From assembly GCF_009914755.1 (NCBI RefSeq), contig NC_060926.1: DNA of 64,000 nt; one strand, written 5' to 3'. This document shows positions 61,608 through 64,000 of the stretch, piece after piece; position 1 is the first letter of the stretch; every line of letters starts with the position of its first letter. This DNA is from the human T2T-CHM13v2.0 reference genome, Homo sapiens. The position numbers and the translations under genes are program-made. The notes below the pieces were generated by a model, which had not been told where the DNA came from, made no database searches, and worked only from the letters and a program-made list of their open reading frames with translations.

Positions 61608-61953
61608 ATAGGTCAATTCTGTATCCATGGGGTCTGCACCCATGGATTCCACCAACCACAGATCGAAAATATTTGAGCCAAAAAAGATGGATAGTTGTGG
61701 CTGTAGTAAACATGTACAGACATTTTTTCCTTGTCATTATTCCCTAAATAATACAGTACACCTATTTATATGGCATTTACATTGTATTTGGTATTATAAG
61801 TAATCTAGAGATGATTTAAAACACATGGGAAGATGTGTGTAGGTTATATGCAAATGCTATATCATTGTATATAAGGGACTTGAGTGTCCATGGAGTTTGG
61901 TATCACAGGGATTCCTGGAATCCACCTCCCACAGATATCAAAGGATGACTGTA
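61608..61953. mobile_element. Tigger3/MER2-family MITE, intron 5 (opposite orientation to the intron-1 copy)
   Basis: Core GGTATTATAAGTAATCTAGAGATGATTTAAA; ends GATGACTGTA. Confidence 0.8.
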
Positions 61954-62107
61954 CTTAAATTTATTCTGTAATTTTGACATAAACTTGTGGTTGAATTATG
62001 GGAAAATTTTTGTTGGAATTGTTAACATGTAAAAAGAATAATTCCAACTATGCAGTTACATTTTTTTCCCAGTTGATGTTATTTTTTAAAAATCTCCTTT
62101 TAAATAG

Positions 62108-62271
62108 GCATTCTACTGGAGATACCAAAGTTCCCTTCTGTCTTCAGTCCTGTGTAAAACCTTTGAAATATGCCATTGCTGTTAATGATCTTGGAACTGA
62201 ATATGTGCATCGATATGTTGGAAAAGAGCCGAGTGGACTAAGATTCAACAAACTATTTTTGAATGAAGATG
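62108..62271 (+). CDS. GLS: GLS coding exon 6 (164 nt; [54 protein letters not shown]); catalytic S286 (62148-50) and K289, activation loop GLRFNKLF
   Basis: Acceptor AATAG|G, donor G|GTAAGA; SxxK serine beta-lactamase-like glutaminase motif. The gene continues beyond the window. Confidence 0.97.
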
Positions 62272-64000
62272 GTAAGAATTACATAAACATTGGTTGAAAA
62301 AAGAAATGTCTCATTTTCCTATGTAAATCTAAGTCGTTTTAAACATTTTTTGATTAAAATTAAAAGTATTTGTCATGTGATTTCTATATAATCCATTGAG
62401 AGAGTTTCATCACCTACTTTTAAAAATGATTATTTTAGGCATCTCATACCACTGGGAAGTGGGCTAGGGAGAACATGAACTTCTCTCTTCATAACCACCT
62501 TTAGGGAAATATAGCGAAATCTCAAAATACATGAGATTTGCTTTAAAATAATTTAGTTAAGGCAGCTGGGAGTGCTGGGTATGATTATTACTATATGTTG
62601 GTAATTATTGCAGCTAAATGATAGGTGCATGGGTGTTTGTATATTATTCTATCTATTATATTGTATATAGTAGTTGAAAGTTTTATTGTGGCCCTGGTTG
62701 AGATAGTGAGGATTATTATTTTTCAGTGAGTGTTTTTACTTTTTATCCTTATAACATTAAAAAATTTGAAAGAAATGCTTTGTGTTTAATGCTTGGTTAA
62801 CAAATCTTTTTACAGGAATTCAAAAGAAAAGGGGAGGACAAAAGTAGTTAGTTTGATCTGATAGAGATTTTAAGTCTAAACATCATTTAGCTGAGTGCAA
62901 ACTAAGTTAAACTAGTCCCATGGTTTGGTTTCTGTTTTTTAATCTTCTAAGCATATGCTGTGTTTCTGATTGATGAGTTAAGATATAGAAGTGAAGAAAG
63001 TGAGAGCGAAGTTTGTAGTAATGGCTGTGAGAGATACACTTTTGTACTTTTTTTTTCTGCTGTATAAAAAATGAAATGTGCCTTATACTCATTATTTTAT
63101 TAGTTTGTAAGATGAAGTCATAAGACTGGTATTTTCTTATGCTTCTCATCCTATTTATTTTGAGAGCAGTTACATTTTCTTTCCCATTTTACCGTAACCT
63201 TTTTATTCTGATGCTACGTTTGGTTTTATGGACATTACTGTAAATTAACAACTTCAATAAGGACATCATATGCAGAAGCACTTTATTTACTAAGCTCATT
63301 GACATCTAGATTTAATATTGAAAGAATTAATACTGTTATTCTAAAAATACCAAATATTTTAAAAGAAAAATTTAATACTTTTCCATGAACAGCAAAGGAG
63401 AATAGACATGTCTAGTGAATTGATGGATTTCGAGGGAGATATTTAAGAAAAAACAAATATAGTAATTTGAATGTTTAGAGGATTTCAGAAACAAAAAAAC
63501 AAAATGGGCTTGGAGCAAATGAAATTAACAGTATAAGTAATGAATTTTTTTGCCATATATATTTATGGTTTTAGGAATCATGAATTATTGATACTGTATT
63601 CTATATAAGAAAAAATGACAAATCAGAGATTTAGAATTGTTTATAATAAGAATAAAACATAAAGTTTAACAAGAGATTTTGCCTCGATATTCATAGACGT
63701 TTTCTAAGCCTGAGCCAACACCCTGAGTCTTGAAAGTAACAGTAAATACAGGCTTCACTATATTACACCTTCCTGAATTCTGATTAGAGCCTGTGCTCTT
63801 GAGTCCTGATTTAGTTTAGCCCAGCAAAAACAATTTGAAGATCTCGTTCATATTTAAAATTGCAAGGGTAGATTTTTGGTGAAACCATACACTTTTTGTG
63901 TGTGTATGTATATATGTGTGTATCTAAAATAATAAATTTTTAAAAAATAAATATATTACTGTTACACCAGCTTTATAAGATTGTGATGATTTATTAAGAC

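Overview
Human (primate) genomic DNA containing the 5' half of the kidney-type glutaminase gene GLS on the + strand. This includes a CpG-island, TATA-less CCAAT/GC-box promoter (~37.4-39.1 kb), a (GCA)14 repeat in the 5' UTR (the locus of the known glutaminase-deficiency expansion) and coding exons 1-6 (c.1-979; 38189-62271). The six exons splice GT-AG into one open frame with the mitochondrial presequence, Y249, the S286-x-x-K289 catalytic motif and the activation loop. The upstream ~37 kb is intergenic and dense in transposons: a decayed ERV-L pol, a CR1/L3 RT remnant, L2/MIR, hAT MITEs, THE1 solo LTRs, a full-length nested MST MaLR and >20 Alus. I found no convincing new gene system. The most interesting unexplained structures are: (i) an ATG-initiated antisense ORF reading the repeat as poly-Leu; (ii) an inverted Tigger-MITE pair bracketing exons 2-5, whose circle would be a stop-free 429-nt ORF; (iii) a ~340-bp local duplication whose best-conserved part is a CTCF-like motif; (iv) a perfect NF-kB site in a THE1 LTR; (v) a tail-less TSD-flanked 44-nt insert. 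Repeat family and subfamily names come from recalled consensus sequences, repeat boundaries are approximate, and both need RepeatMasker/Dfam confirmation.
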